From NCBI GenBank assembly GCA_964448465.1, contig CAYUVY010000001.1, positions 25,196-89,195 on the forward strand: DNA of 64,000 nt. Direction: 5' to 3'. Below the pieces are notes generated by a model that worked only from the letters and a program-made list of their open reading frames with translations, was not told the origin of the DNA and did no database searches. The stretch comes from an uncultured Gammaproteobacteria bacterium (GTDB taxonomy: Bacteria; Patescibacteriota; Microgenomatia; UBA12405). Below, in pieces: positions 10,312-19,753 of this stretch (positions within the stretch are counted from its first letter, which is position 1; every line of letters begins with the position of its first letter). Made by a program: the position numbers and the translations under genes.

Positions 10312-11099
10312 AAACCAAAAGATTCCACACCTTATCTGTCGCTATCGCCACCTACAACGAAGAAAACTTTATTGGTAGCCTACTAGACCAGATATCAAAC
10401 TGGGCAGAAGAAATTATTATTGTCGATGGCTCCTCCACTGACAAAACTCAAGAAATCATCAAAAAATATTCCAAAGTAAAAGTAATCACCACCAGCAATA
10501 AACCCATTTTTCATATTAATAAACAAATGGCCATAGATGCCTGTACACGGGATTGGGTCTTGCAGTTAGATGCCGACGAGATCCCGTCTGAAAATTTAAA
10601 AAATGAAATTGACCAGCTACTTTCCAATAAGATCATCGAAAAACAAGGCTACTGGTTAAATCGGGCCAACTATTTTTTGGGTAGGTTTCTAAAAAAAGGT
10701 GGTCAATATCCAGATCCCACCTTGCGACTTTACCAACGGGGACTGGGCAGTCTTCCTTGCAAATCAGTGCACGAACAAGCAGTAGTCCAGGGAACCACCG
10801 GGCACCTAAAAAATGATCTTTTACATTACGCCGACCGTTCATTTACACGTTATCTAACCAGACATAATCGTTATACTACCCTAATTTCCCAGGAAATTAC
10901 TAATCCAGATTTTTTTGATTATTTTATCTTAAAACCACATCTTTGGTTTTTAACTACTTACTTCCGCCACAAAGGTTTCCAAGACGGTTTCCCCGGGTTT
11001 GTTTTTTCATTTTTTTCTGCACTCAGATTTCCAATAGCTTATGTTAAATATTGGGAAAATAAAACTACCAAACACATTCAAAGCAATGACTGGCAATAA
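10308..11099 (+). CDS. Glycosyltransferase family 2 (GT2)
   Basis: LSVAIATYNEENFIGSLLDQI...IVDGSSTDKT, with the DADE acidic motif at QLDADEIP. ATGA overlap with the upstream gene. Confidence 0.8.
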   Translation: MKTKRFHTLSVAIATYNEENFIGSLLDQISNWAEEIIIVDGSSTDKTQEIIKKYSKVKVITTSNKPIFHINKQMAIDACTRDWVLQLDADEIPSENLKNEIDQLLSNKIIEKQGYWLNRANYFLGRFLKKGGQYPDPTLRLYQRGLGSLPCKSVHEQAVVQGTTGHLKNDLLHYADRSFTRYLTRHNRYTTLISQEITNPDFFDYFILKPHLWFLTTYFRHKGFQDGFPGFVFSFFSALRFPIAYVKYWENKTTKHIQSNDWQ

Positions 11100-12141
11100 A
11101 CAAAAAATAGTTCAAATAGTTCTACCTCCTCAAACCGATACAAGTAAATTTAGAGGTATAGGTGAATACACCCAACACCTAATTGACCACGTATCTAAAC
11201 AAAAAAAATATCAACTTCTTTTGCAACATGAAATTTCACCCAAGGCAGATTTAATCCACTATCCCAGTTTAGACTTTTTTAAAACCACCTTACCTTTAAT
11301 TTTTAAGCAACCAACTATTTTAACAGTTCACGACGTTATCCCGATAGAATACGCCAATCATTTCCCCGTGGGCCTTAAAGGCAAATTGGCCTGGTTATAT
11401 CAAAAACAACGCTTACAATCTGCAAATTTTATTCTTACCGACTCCCATAGCTCTAAATATAGTTTGCATAGACAAACCGGTTACCCTCTTTCTAAGATAT
11501 ACAATGTTTACCTAGGTGCAGACACCAATTATCATCCGATCCAAAAACTTGAAGCCAAAAAACTAGCTCAAAATTTACACTTACCCGAGCAATTTGTTCT
11601 ATATGTAGGCGATATTAATTGGAATAAAAATATACCCAACTTATTAAATGCCTGCATAAATATTTCAATACCTCTGGTTTTAGTAGGCAAAACTGCTAGT
11701 ACCCCACTAAACGAAGTGCCACATCATCCTTGGACAGAAGATATTCGATATCTCAAAATAATGCAAGAAAAATACCCCAAACTAATTCTTACCCCAGGCT
11801 ACTTAGAAACAAAAACTATTAATGCCTTATACCAACTAGCCTTGTGTTATTGTCAACCTTCTTTTGCCGAAGGATTTGGCCTACCACTGCTACAGGCTAT
11901 GCAGGCCGGTTGCCCCATTGCTTATAGCTACACTACCAGTTTAATTGAAATAGGTAATTATGTGGGGCAAATCTTTAATCCTGAAAAAACAAAGCAAATA
12001 GAAAAATGTGTATTACAATACAAAAACGATCCCAAACTTCGAGAAAATTCCATCAATAGTGGTTTAATCCAAGCCCAAGCTTTCTCTTGGGAAAAAGCTG
12101 CCACACAAACTTTAGCTGTCTATGACTTAGCTATAAAATGA
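11086..12141 (+). CDS. Glycosyltransferase family 4 (GT4)
   Basis: EGFGLPLLQAMQAGCPIAYS is a GT4 C-terminal motif. The internal ATG at 11086 was chosen because the track start at 11041 overlaps the upstream gene by 59 bp. Confidence 0.75.
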   Translation: MTGNKQKIVQIVLPPQTDTSKFRGIGEYTQHLIDHVSKQKKYQLLLQHEISPKADLIHYPSLDFFKTTLPLIFKQPTILTVHDVIPIEYANHFPVGLKGKLAWLYQKQRLQSANFILTDSHSSKYSLHRQTGYPLSKIYNVYLGADTNYHPIQKLEAKKLAQNLHLPEQFVLYVGDINWNKNIPNLLNACINISIPLVLVGKTASTPLNEVPHHPWTEDIRYLKIMQEKYPKLILTPGYLETKTINALYQLALCYCQPSFAEGFGLPLLQAMQAGCPIAYSYTTSLIEIGNYVGQIFNPEKTKQIEKCVLQYKNDPKLRENSINSGLIQAQAFSWEKAATQTLAVYDLAIK

Positions 12142-12944
12142 TTACTACCAACCATTTTTTGAGTGTTATTGTCCCTATTTATAAGCAGGAAAAAACAATT
12201 CAAGAAGACATAAGTCAAATTTTAAACACACTCTCGCTTTTACGCTACGATTTTGAACTAATTGCCGTTGTCGATGGCATTAATGTTGATAATTCCTATA
12301 AAATATTAAAAAAAATAAACAATCCAAAACTAATTGTCACCGGATATTTACACAACAAAGGTAAGGGTAATGCTGTTCGTTTTGGTATGGCCAAATCCAA
12401 AGGTGACTATGTCGCCTTTATTGATTCTGGTATGGATATCGACCCCAACGGTATCTCCATGCTTATAGAACACCTTGAGTGGTATAAAGCCGATATTATC
12501 ATTGCCTCCAAAAATCATCCAGCCTCTATGGTTGTCTATCCTCTACAACGTAAGATTTTGAGTCTAATTGTTCAGACTTATATGCGCTTGTTCTTAGGTC
12601 TAAAGATTACCGATTCCCAAGCAGGACTAAAATTATTTAAACGAAAGGTTTTAGTCGCAGTTTTACCAAGGCTGCTAGTAAAAAATTTTGCTATAGATCT
12701 GGAAATATTAAGTGTGGCAAAATACTTGGGCTTTGACAAAATTTACGAAGCCCCTATTAAACTTAAATATGACTTTAAACCACTTACTCATTCCTCCACA
12801 AACTTAAAGGCTATCAAGCAGTTTGCTATCGACGCCTTAGCAATTTTTTATCGTATATATATTAAGCGCTACTATCGTGATAATAATTATCGGCAGTGGG
12901 TTTTTGATCCTGAACTAAAAATGCGCGTCAATACTGGCCAATGA
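12138..12944 (+). CDS. Glycosyltransferase family 2 (GT2), DPM1-like soluble type
   Basis: LSVIVPIYKQEKTIQEDI...VDGINVDNS. ATGA overlap with the upstream gene. Confidence 0.75.
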   Translation: MITTNHFLSVIVPIYKQEKTIQEDISQILNTLSLLRYDFELIAVVDGINVDNSYKILKKINNPKLIVTGYLHNKGKGNAVRFGMAKSKGDYVAFIDSGMDIDPNGISMLIEHLEWYKADIIIASKNHPASMVVYPLQRKILSLIVQTYMRLFLGLKITDSQAGLKLFKRKVLVAVLPRLLVKNFAIDLEILSVAKYLGFDKIYEAPIKLKYDFKPLTHSSTNLKAIKQFAIDALAIFYRIYIKRYYRDNNYRQWVFDPELKMRVNTGQ

Positions 12945-13924
12945 CACCTGTACCAATTTTTACTATCATTATTGCCGGTCGTAGTCACAATAAACTATTA
13001 GACCAAACTATCTCTGCTTTAAATAAACAAACCTGTAAATCCTATGAGGTAATTATTATTTTAGACAAAGATATAGATTCTACCCAAAGAGAACAAGTTA
13101 TTCCTGCCTTTAAGCGCAACCTTGGAGCAAAAAGAGCCAAAGGGGAAATACTTGCGTTTTTAGACGACGACTCCTATCCGGATCCATTGTGGCTAACAAA
13201 CGCTCTAACGATCTTTAGTACTAACGCACAAACTCTTGCTCTGGGTGGACCAAGCCTTACCCCTCCAGAAAACAACATCCTTCAACAAGCCAGCGGTTTA
13301 ATCTATTCCAGCTTTTTAGGTTCGGGTGGAGCAGGGGACTATCGCAATTTAATTAAACCCGAAAGATATGTAGACGATTATCCAACTGTCAATTTTTTTA
13401 TTCGCAAAAAAATATTTAACCAACTTGGTGGCTTTGACACCAAACATTGGCCAGGAGAAGATACCTTACTTTGTCGAAAACTAATCAAATATCAAGCAAA
13501 TTCCATCTTATATTCTCCTTTGCCCATTGTTTACCACCACCGTCGACCAATTGGACTAAGTTTACTAAAACAAATTAGTCGTTACGGCCAACACCGAGGT
13601 TTTTTTGCCAAAATATATCCCGAAAATAGCCTTAAACTTGGCTACCTTATACCGCCAATATTTACACTATATATCCTAAGTTTATTTTTCTTTCATACCA
13701 AAATATATCTTACCCCCTTGCTTGCCTACGCCTCGCTAGTTCTTGTTAATTTCTTTTTGCAAATCAAAAATAATCTTTGGGCCAATCTGGTTTCCAACTT
13801 ATTTATCCCCTTAGTTCACCTTACCTACGGGTTATTTTTTCTAAAAGGCTTTTTGTTTACCAAAGATTTATTAAGTCAGCCACACACCCTTAATACCAAG
13901 ACTGGTCAATATCAAGGTGGATAA
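12941..13924 (+). CDS. Glycosyltransferase family 2 (GT2) with C-terminal TM helices
   Basis: FTIIIAGRSHNKLLDQTISALNKQT...LDDD is a GT2 signature. Hydrophobic C-terminal segments are present. ATGA overlap with the upstream gene. Confidence 0.75.
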   Translation: MTPVPIFTIIIAGRSHNKLLDQTISALNKQTCKSYEVIIILDKDIDSTQREQVIPAFKRNLGAKRAKGEILAFLDDDSYPDPLWLTNALTIFSTNAQTLALGGPSLTPPENNILQQASGLIYSSFLGSGGAGDYRNLIKPERYVDDYPTVNFFIRKKIFNQLGGFDTKHWPGEDTLLCRKLIKYQANSILYSPLPIVYHHRRPIGLSLLKQISRYGQHRGFFAKIYPENSLKLGYLIPPIFTLYILSLFFFHTKIYLTPLLAYASLVLVNFFLQIKNNLWANLVSNLFIPLVHLTYGLFFLKGFLFTKDLLSQPHTLNTKTGQYQGG

Positions 13925-13939
13925 GGTATACTGGAATTC

Positions 13940-15457
13940 ATGTCTAAGAAAAAACTATCCATAGCTATTTCTTACCCCCCTCTAGAAACCAACAAAGGCA
14001 CAGCCTTTTTATCCCAAAATCGCCAGTTTCAATGGACAAATACAGGAAATTGTATATATCCAGTAATCCCAGCTTATGCCGCTAGTTTGTTAGAAAGAGA
14101 AGGCTACCAGGTTTATTGGGACGACGCTATTGCCGAAAAACTCAGCAAAGATCAATGGCTCAAACGGATATTAGAATTAAAGCCAGACGTCATTGCCATT
14201 GAGTCCAAAACACCTACTATCAAATGGTACTGGCAAGTTATCGATGAACTACGCACCTACCAAACTAAATCCTGGCAACCCACCATAGTCTTGCTTGGTG
14301 ATCATCTTACGGCTCTTCCCCAAGAATCCCTAGAAAATTGCTCTGTAGACCTGGTAATCACTGGTGGCGACTATGATTTTATGTTGCTAAATCTAATGAA
14401 CAACTTGGATCACGGAGAAACCTTAGAACCTGGTATCTGGTACAGGGATGGTAAAACTATAAAAAACACCGGTCCATATGCTTTAAAACACCACAATCTC
14501 GACAGCTTGCCTTTTATTAACCGAGATCTAACTAAATGGGAACTTTATGCCTACAACAATGGCAATTATAAATACACTCCAGCCACCTATATGATGACCG
14601 GACGCGACTGCTGGTGGGGTAAGTGTACCTTTTGCTCTTGGACCACTATTTTCCCCGGTAAGGCATTTCGGTTTTTTACTCCCAAGCGTACTCTTGCCGA
14701 AGTAAAACACGTGGTCGACAATTATAGTATCCGCGAGATTTTTGATGACGCCGGTACTCTCACTCCGGGCGCCTGGATTCATGAATTTACCAAAGGACTA
14801 ATATCATCAGGTCTACACCAAAAGGTTCGTTATGGAGCCAATATGCGCTTTAATGCTGTTGGTGAAAAAGAGTACCAAACCATGGGTGAAGCCCGATTTA
14901 GATTTATGCTCTATGGCCTAGAATCTAGTAATCAAAAGACTTTAGATCTACTTGAGAAAGGTACCAAAACCGAGGACGCCAGAAAGTCCCTAACTTTAGC
15001 CAAAAAATACGGTATGGAACCACACTTAACTATCATGATTGGTTATCCTTGGGAAACTCGTCAAGATGCCCTAAATACTCTAGAAGAAGCCCGAAGCTTA
15101 TTTCGAGACTGCCTGGCCGATTCTATGCAAGCCACCATTGTCATACCCTATCCTGGTACACCGCTATTTAAACAATGCCAAGAAAATAATTGGCTTTTAA
15201 CCAACGATTGGAACGATTATGATATGCGCCAAGCTATCATGAAATGCGACATGGGCACAGAAGAATTAAAAGCCATGGTTCAGAGTTTATTCAAAGGGGT
15301 GCTTACACCAAAATTCTTAACCAAAAAGATTAGTTCTATTCGCAGCGTAGATGACGTTAAGCATCTGGGTAGCTATGCCTATAAGTTTATTAAAAAACTG
15401 AAGGATTTCCCAGTCTACAATGCCAACACTCTCGGTAGTCATACCCACGCTCAATAG
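13940..15457 (+). CDS. B12-binding-domain radical SAM-like enzyme (class B-like), function unknown
   Basis: N-terminal Rossmann-like B12-binding-type domain (KPDVIAIESKTPT...IVLLGDHLTALP...LVITGGDYDF). Cys triad GRDCWWGKCTFCSW has Cx4Cx2C spacing rather than the canonical Cx3Cx2C. A downstream GLESSNQKTLDLLEKG motif matches the rSAM core. Locally elevated GC. Confidence 0.65.
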   Translation: MSKKKLSIAISYPPLETNKGTAFLSQNRQFQWTNTGNCIYPVIPAYAASLLEREGYQVYWDDAIAEKLSKDQWLKRILELKPDVIAIESKTPTIKWYWQVIDELRTYQTKSWQPTIVLLGDHLTALPQESLENCSVDLVITGGDYDFMLLNLMNNLDHGETLEPGIWYRDGKTIKNTGPYALKHHNLDSLPFINRDLTKWELYAYNNGNYKYTPATYMMTGRDCWWGKCTFCSWTTIFPGKAFRFFTPKRTLAEVKHVVDNYSIREIFDDAGTLTPGAWIHEFTKGLISSGLHQKVRYGANMRFNAVGEKEYQTMGEARFRFMLYGLESSNQKTLDLLEKGTKTEDARKSLTLAKKYGMEPHLTIMIGYPWETRQDALNTLEEARSLFRDCLADSMQATIVIPYPGTPLFKQCQENNWLLTNDWNDYDMRQAIMKCDMGTEELKAMVQSLFKGVLTPKFLTKKISSIRSVDDVKHLGSYAYKFIKKLKDFPVYNANTLGSHTHAQ

Positions 15458-16427
15458 TCAAAATACTCTTGCCCTTTGTCTAGACAGCCTTTTTAAGCAA
15501 AAATATAGGAACCTGGAGTTAATCATCTGCGACGGAGGCTCTCTTGACCAAACACTTTTAATAGCCAAAAAATATCATGCAATTATCCTAAAAAATACTC
15601 TCAAAACTGCCGAAGCCGGCAAAGCTCTGGGCCTAAAAAAGGCCACCGGTAAATATGTATTATTGCTAGATTCCGACAATATTTTACCAAATTCCAATTG
15701 GCTAGATGAGTTAATAAAACCACTAGACGGCGACCTGGTAGCTATAGGAAGTGAACCCTGGGCTTTTACTTATCGCCCAAAGGCAGGTTTTATCGAGCGT
15801 TACAGTGCCTTAATAGGGGCCAATGATCCATATGCCTGGTTTACCCACAAACTAGACAAAATAAATTATTTAAGTAACACTTGGCCACACCCTGAGCTCA
15901 TAAATGAAGAAAATTCCCAATACTTGACTCTAAAACTAACTAAAAATAAAATTATCCCCACGATAGGAGCCAATGGCACAATTTTCCGCACGAACTTCCT
16001 AAAAAAGCACAGCAATAAAGACTTTTTGTTTGATATAGATATTATTAATCAGGCTGTAAACAAACAAGATTTACTATTTATAAAAACGAAAAATAGCATT
16101 ATTCATACTTATTGCGAGTCGTCTGTTAAAAAATTTATACGTAAACAGACCCGTAGAATGCTAGATTACTACCAATACCAAGCAGTACGCCAGACTTCTT
16201 GGCAAACCACTTCCACCTCCCCAGACAATCTGCTCTTTACTTTATATAGCATATTATTTTTACCTGCACTTGGTACCTGTCTGTATGGTTATTTCAAAAA
16301 GCCAGACAGAGCTTGGTTTTTTCATCCATTAGCTTGTTTTCTTAGCGCTTGGATTTACATTTCTAAATATATACAAAACAAGTTGGGCTTACTAAAATAT
16401 CAAAATAGGTTAAACTGGTCACAATGA
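15420..16427 (+). CDS. Glycosyltransferase family 2 (GT2)
   Basis: LSVVIPTLNSQNTLALCLDSL...CDGGSLDQT, plus an LLDSDN acidic motif. Confidence 0.75.
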   Translation: MPTLSVVIPTLNSQNTLALCLDSLFKQKYRNLELIICDGGSLDQTLLIAKKYHAIILKNTLKTAEAGKALGLKKATGKYVLLLDSDNILPNSNWLDELIKPLDGDLVAIGSEPWAFTYRPKAGFIERYSALIGANDPYAWFTHKLDKINYLSNTWPHPELINEENSQYLTLKLTKNKIIPTIGANGTIFRTNFLKKHSNKDFLFDIDIINQAVNKQDLLFIKTKNSIIHTYCESSVKKFIRKQTRRMLDYYQYQAVRQTSWQTTSTSPDNLLFTLYSILFLPALGTCLYGYFKKPDRAWFFHPLACFLSAWIYISKYIQNKLGLLKYQNRLNWSQ

Positions 16428-17413
16428 AAATAAGTATACTTTTAACTACATACAACGGAGCAAGCTGTATCAAAGAAACAGTTGACAGTCTCTTAAAACA
16501 AAACTATAAAAATTACGAAATAATAGCTCACGACAATAGCTCTAAGGACAACACCGTTGGGATCTTAAAATCCTATAAAAATCCCAAGATTAAGATATAT
16601 ATTAACAAAATTAATTTGGGATACCCCAAAAATCTCGAAGGTGCACGACAAAAGGCTACTGGAGACATTTTGTTCCTCATGGGACAAGACGACTTGCTTG
16701 CAGATGGGGTATTGCAAAAAATCAATGACACCTTCCAAGCTAACCCAGAGATAGGAGCAATAAGTAGACCTTACTACTGGTTTAACCAATCATCACTTAG
16801 ACCAGTACGGGCAAAACCCTATCTTTCCCTAGAAAAAGATATTCTACTAAATTACAAATCCAACCTCAGCGACATATTTTGCTTAATAGACAGTCTAGAC
16901 CAACTTTCTGGATTAGCCTATCGACGCAAGTTTATGACCTCTGGATTCCATCCCGACATATTCCCTTGTCACATCTATCCTTTTTTGGAAATCTTTAAAA
17001 AACACCCCGTAGTATTCCAAGGTGAATACACCATTGCCGTACGTATCCAAACCAGTCAATCTCGTTGGCTCAAGTCAACCTACGAAAAATCACCAATATT
17101 AAGCTGGGTTGAAATGATAAAAAATACATTTAGGGAGCATAAATTTATAAAATTACAAAAAAATATAATAGAAAATTTTGTTGCAAAAAATTACGTTGGC
17201 TTAGTGCAAATTAGAAATTACGGATCATATATTTACCTCCTAAGAGAGGCATATTACCTAATTAAATTTCGACCACGAAACATCTTAGAGCCTAAATTTT
17301 GGTTTTATTTTCTTATGTGTGCTTTAACTCCAAGAAAAATACTTATTGCCATAACCGATTGGTACAAAGATCACCTACTTTCAAAAACAATACACATTAA
17401 AACTATTTCATAA
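16424..17413 (+). CDS. Glycosyltransferase family 2 (GT2)
   Basis: ISILLTTYNGASCIKETVDSL...HDNSSKDNT. ATGA overlap with the upstream gene. Confidence 0.75.
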   Translation: MKISILLTTYNGASCIKETVDSLLKQNYKNYEIIAHDNSSKDNTVGILKSYKNPKIKIYINKINLGYPKNLEGARQKATGDILFLMGQDDLLADGVLQKINDTFQANPEIGAISRPYYWFNQSSLRPVRAKPYLSLEKDILLNYKSNLSDIFCLIDSLDQLSGLAYRRKFMTSGFHPDIFPCHIYPFLEIFKKHPVVFQGEYTIAVRIQTSQSRWLKSTYEKSPILSWVEMIKNTFREHKFIKLQKNIIENFVAKNYVGLVQIRNYGSYIYLLREAYYLIKFRPRNILEPKFWFYFLMCALTPRKILIAITDWYKDHLLSKTIHIKTIS

Positions 17414-17423
17414 ATAAACATCC

Positions 17424-18395
17424 ATGGCTAAAAATACACATAGCAAGGTAACTGTCATCATACCTGCCAGAAACTCCGAAACAACCATAGAACAAACAAT
17501 ATTGTCTTTAAACAAGCAATCTAAATATTTTGGAGAGCTTATCATCGTAGACAACGCATCCACAGATAATACCCTGAAAATTATAAAACAAACAGTTGAG
17601 AAAATAAATACAAACATACTGGTAACAATTATTAATCACCCCAAAGACAAAGGACTTTCCGAAAGTTACAACGAAGCCATAAAAATATCTAAGGGTACAA
17701 TAATCGTAACTTTACATTCTGACATTTTACTAGAGAAAGACGCTCTCGTCTTGTTAACAAAGCCACTATTAGAAAATAGTAATGTCCTAGCCACCACACA
17801 TCAGGTCATCCACCCTCTCAAAATTTGGCTAAACTATAATTTTTGGCAAAAGTCACTTTTTTCCAGACACCTTGGAAAAACGTTATCTGGAATGGATGGA
17901 AAGTTTGATGGTTTTAACAAAAAAGCAATAATTGAAGTGGGATTGTTTGATTCTACATCTTTCCGTACGGCAGGTGAGGACAGTGATATCGTAAACAGAT
18001 TAAAGAAAATAGGGGAGATAATCTATACCAAGGCAACCATCGTCCACATGCATACATATAGTAAAAACTTTAATTTGAATGATTTAATTTATAAGCACGC
18101 ACAATATGCAGAAGCACAAGGTACTTTACTAAGAAAACATGGACCCGTTGGTTTCAAATATATATTAATAGTTTACTTTAGAGAAATACTTATCCTCTCT
18201 TTGCTAATACCATATTTTAGAATAATTTCCTTGGTCCTAATATTAATATACTCATTTTTGTATACAAAAAATACATATATTTACGAACACAAAAATCCGA
18301 GAATAATTATTCTTCCGTTTGTAAACGTATTCCTACTTTTTGTAAGCTTGATATTTACAATCAGAGGCTACTTGCGAAATAAGCAAACTATTTAA
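17424..18395 (+). CDS. Glycosyltransferase family 2 (GT2) with C-terminal TM helices
   Basis: VTVIIPARNSETTIEQTILSL...VDNASTDNT, with a hydrophobic C-terminal region. Confidence 0.75.
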   Translation: MAKNTHSKVTVIIPARNSETTIEQTILSLNKQSKYFGELIIVDNASTDNTLKIIKQTVEKINTNILVTIINHPKDKGLSESYNEAIKISKGTIIVTLHSDILLEKDALVLLTKPLLENSNVLATTHQVIHPLKIWLNYNFWQKSLFSRHLGKTLSGMDGKFDGFNKKAIIEVGLFDSTSFRTAGEDSDIVNRLKKIGEIIYTKATIVHMHTYSKNFNLNDLIYKHAQYAEAQGTLLRKHGPVGFKYILIVYFREILILSLLIPYFRIISLVLILIYSFLYTKNTYIYEHKNPRIIILPFVNVFLLFVSLIFTIRGYLRNKQTI

Positions 18396-18840
18396 ATTTT
18401 ATTGACCAATCGTAGGGAATTTCAGTATTATTTATTGGATCTAGTCTAATAATCTCCTCGGGATCATGGGGTAAAGTTGCGCAATTAGCTACTATAGCCA
18501 CAGGAGAGCTTATTCCTTTAAATCCATTCCAAACCCCAGTAGGAATTGTTACCAAACTATAGTTTTCGGAACCTAAAAATATTTCTTGGACTTCTCCTTT
18601 GGTCTTAGAATTTTCTCTTGGATCATACAAAACTAGCTTGATCATTCCTGAAACAACGGCATAATTTAAAGTCATCAATTTGTGCAAGTGCCAACCCTTA
18701 ACTACCCCAGGGTAAACAGTTGAAAAATATATTTCTCCAAACTTAATAAAATCAGGATCGTCTGATCTTAACATGGGGTAAATAGCCCCTCTTTCGTCCG
18801 GTCGCTTTGTTAATTGTTTAATCCTTACTCCTTCAATCAT
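18388..18840 (-). CDS. RmlC-like cupin nucleotide-sugar epimerase/isomerase (3,5-epimerase or FdtA/WxcM-like)
   Basis: 150 aa. ERGAIYPMLRSDDPDF...GEIYFSTVYPGVVKGWHLH is typical of dTDP/CDP-4-keto-6-deoxyhexose 3,5-epimerase-type cupins. Last gene of the CDP-sugar operon. Confidence 0.65.
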   Translation of the reverse strand: MIEGVRIKQLTKRPDERGAIYPMLRSDDPDFIKFGEIYFSTVYPGVVKGWHLHKLMTLNYAVVSGMIKLVLYDPRENSKTKGEVQEIFLGSENYSLVTIPTGVWNGFKGISSPVAIVANCATLPHDPEEIIRLDPINNTEIPYDWSIKFK

Positions 18841-19753
18841 AATTTTTTAAATAACTCTTAATGGTTAATTTTAAACCATCTTCAATTGCAGTGGTAGGTT
18901 CCCATCCTAGCATGGCCTTTGCTTTTGAAAAGTTACAGCTCAAGAATCTAACGTCTTTGGGTATAACATTCCCCCAGCTAACTATAGGTTTTTTCTTTAA
19001 GTACTTTTCAACCACAGCTACGATTTTTCTGATAGTTACTACTTTTCTATTACCGATCAGAAAAGACTCATATTTGGTATTACTTATACTTGATGCAAAC
19101 TTAATTGCTTTAAGATAAGCCATAACCACATCTCCCACATAAGTAAAACACAATTTTTGCCTACCATCAGACAAACCATACGTGGTGTTATTTATAGTAT
19201 TTATAATAATTTTCGGAACAACTTTGTCGTTGTCAGCCTCACCATACACATATATTGGCTTCAAAGTAATCCCTCTTATTAGACCTCTATCCACTTGGTA
19301 CTTAAAAATATTTTCAAAAGCAATCTTCAGAGCGGCATAGTAATTTAAAGGCTTAAGTATGGAGTTTTCGTTAATAGCTTTTGAGCTCAAAGCATATTCA
19401 AAACAAGTACCGGTATTAATAAAAGCCTTTACTTTTCCAACAATGCACCACTCTAACAATCTAGATGGTAAAACAAAGTTTGATTCAATCATCCGCATTT
19501 TTTCCTCGTAAGTACTCTCGTCTCGCACATAATCAGTTGCCATATGAATCAACACATCCACACCACCTAGTTCAAGTATCCTACGACAATCATCCAAATC
19601 TACAATTAGCTTAACCTTGCTGGATATGTCTCTAATTCTGTCAAATTTTGAGTTAGCACGAGCTAATAAAAATACTTCATAACGCAAATCAACCAACTTT
19701 CTAACCAAGTGACTTCCTACAAAGCCCGTGCCGCCAGTCAACAAAATTTTCAT
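18833..19753 (-). CDS. NAD(P)-dependent sugar epimerase/reductase (SDR), RfbJ/RfbS-like CDP-4-keto-3,6-dideoxyhexose reductase candidate
   Basis: MKILLTGGTGFVGSHLVRKL Rossmann motif and a YAALK YxxxK motif. About 300 aa. Sits directly downstream of the E1 gene. Confidence 0.65.
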   Translation of the reverse strand: MKILLTGGTGFVGSHLVRKLVDLRYEVFLLARANSKFDRIRDISSKVKLIVDLDDCRRILELGGVDVLIHMATDYVRDESTYEEKMRMIESNFVLPSRLLEWCIVGKVKAFINTGTCFEYALSSKAINENSILKPLNYYAALKIAFENIFKYQVDRGLIRGITLKPIYVYGEADNDKVVPKIIINTINNTTYGLSDGRQKLCFTYVGDVVMAYLKAIKFASSISNTKYESFLIGNRKVVTIRKIVAVVEKYLKKKPIVSWGNVIPKDVRFLSCNFSKAKAMLGWEPTTAIEDGLKLTIKSYLKNYD

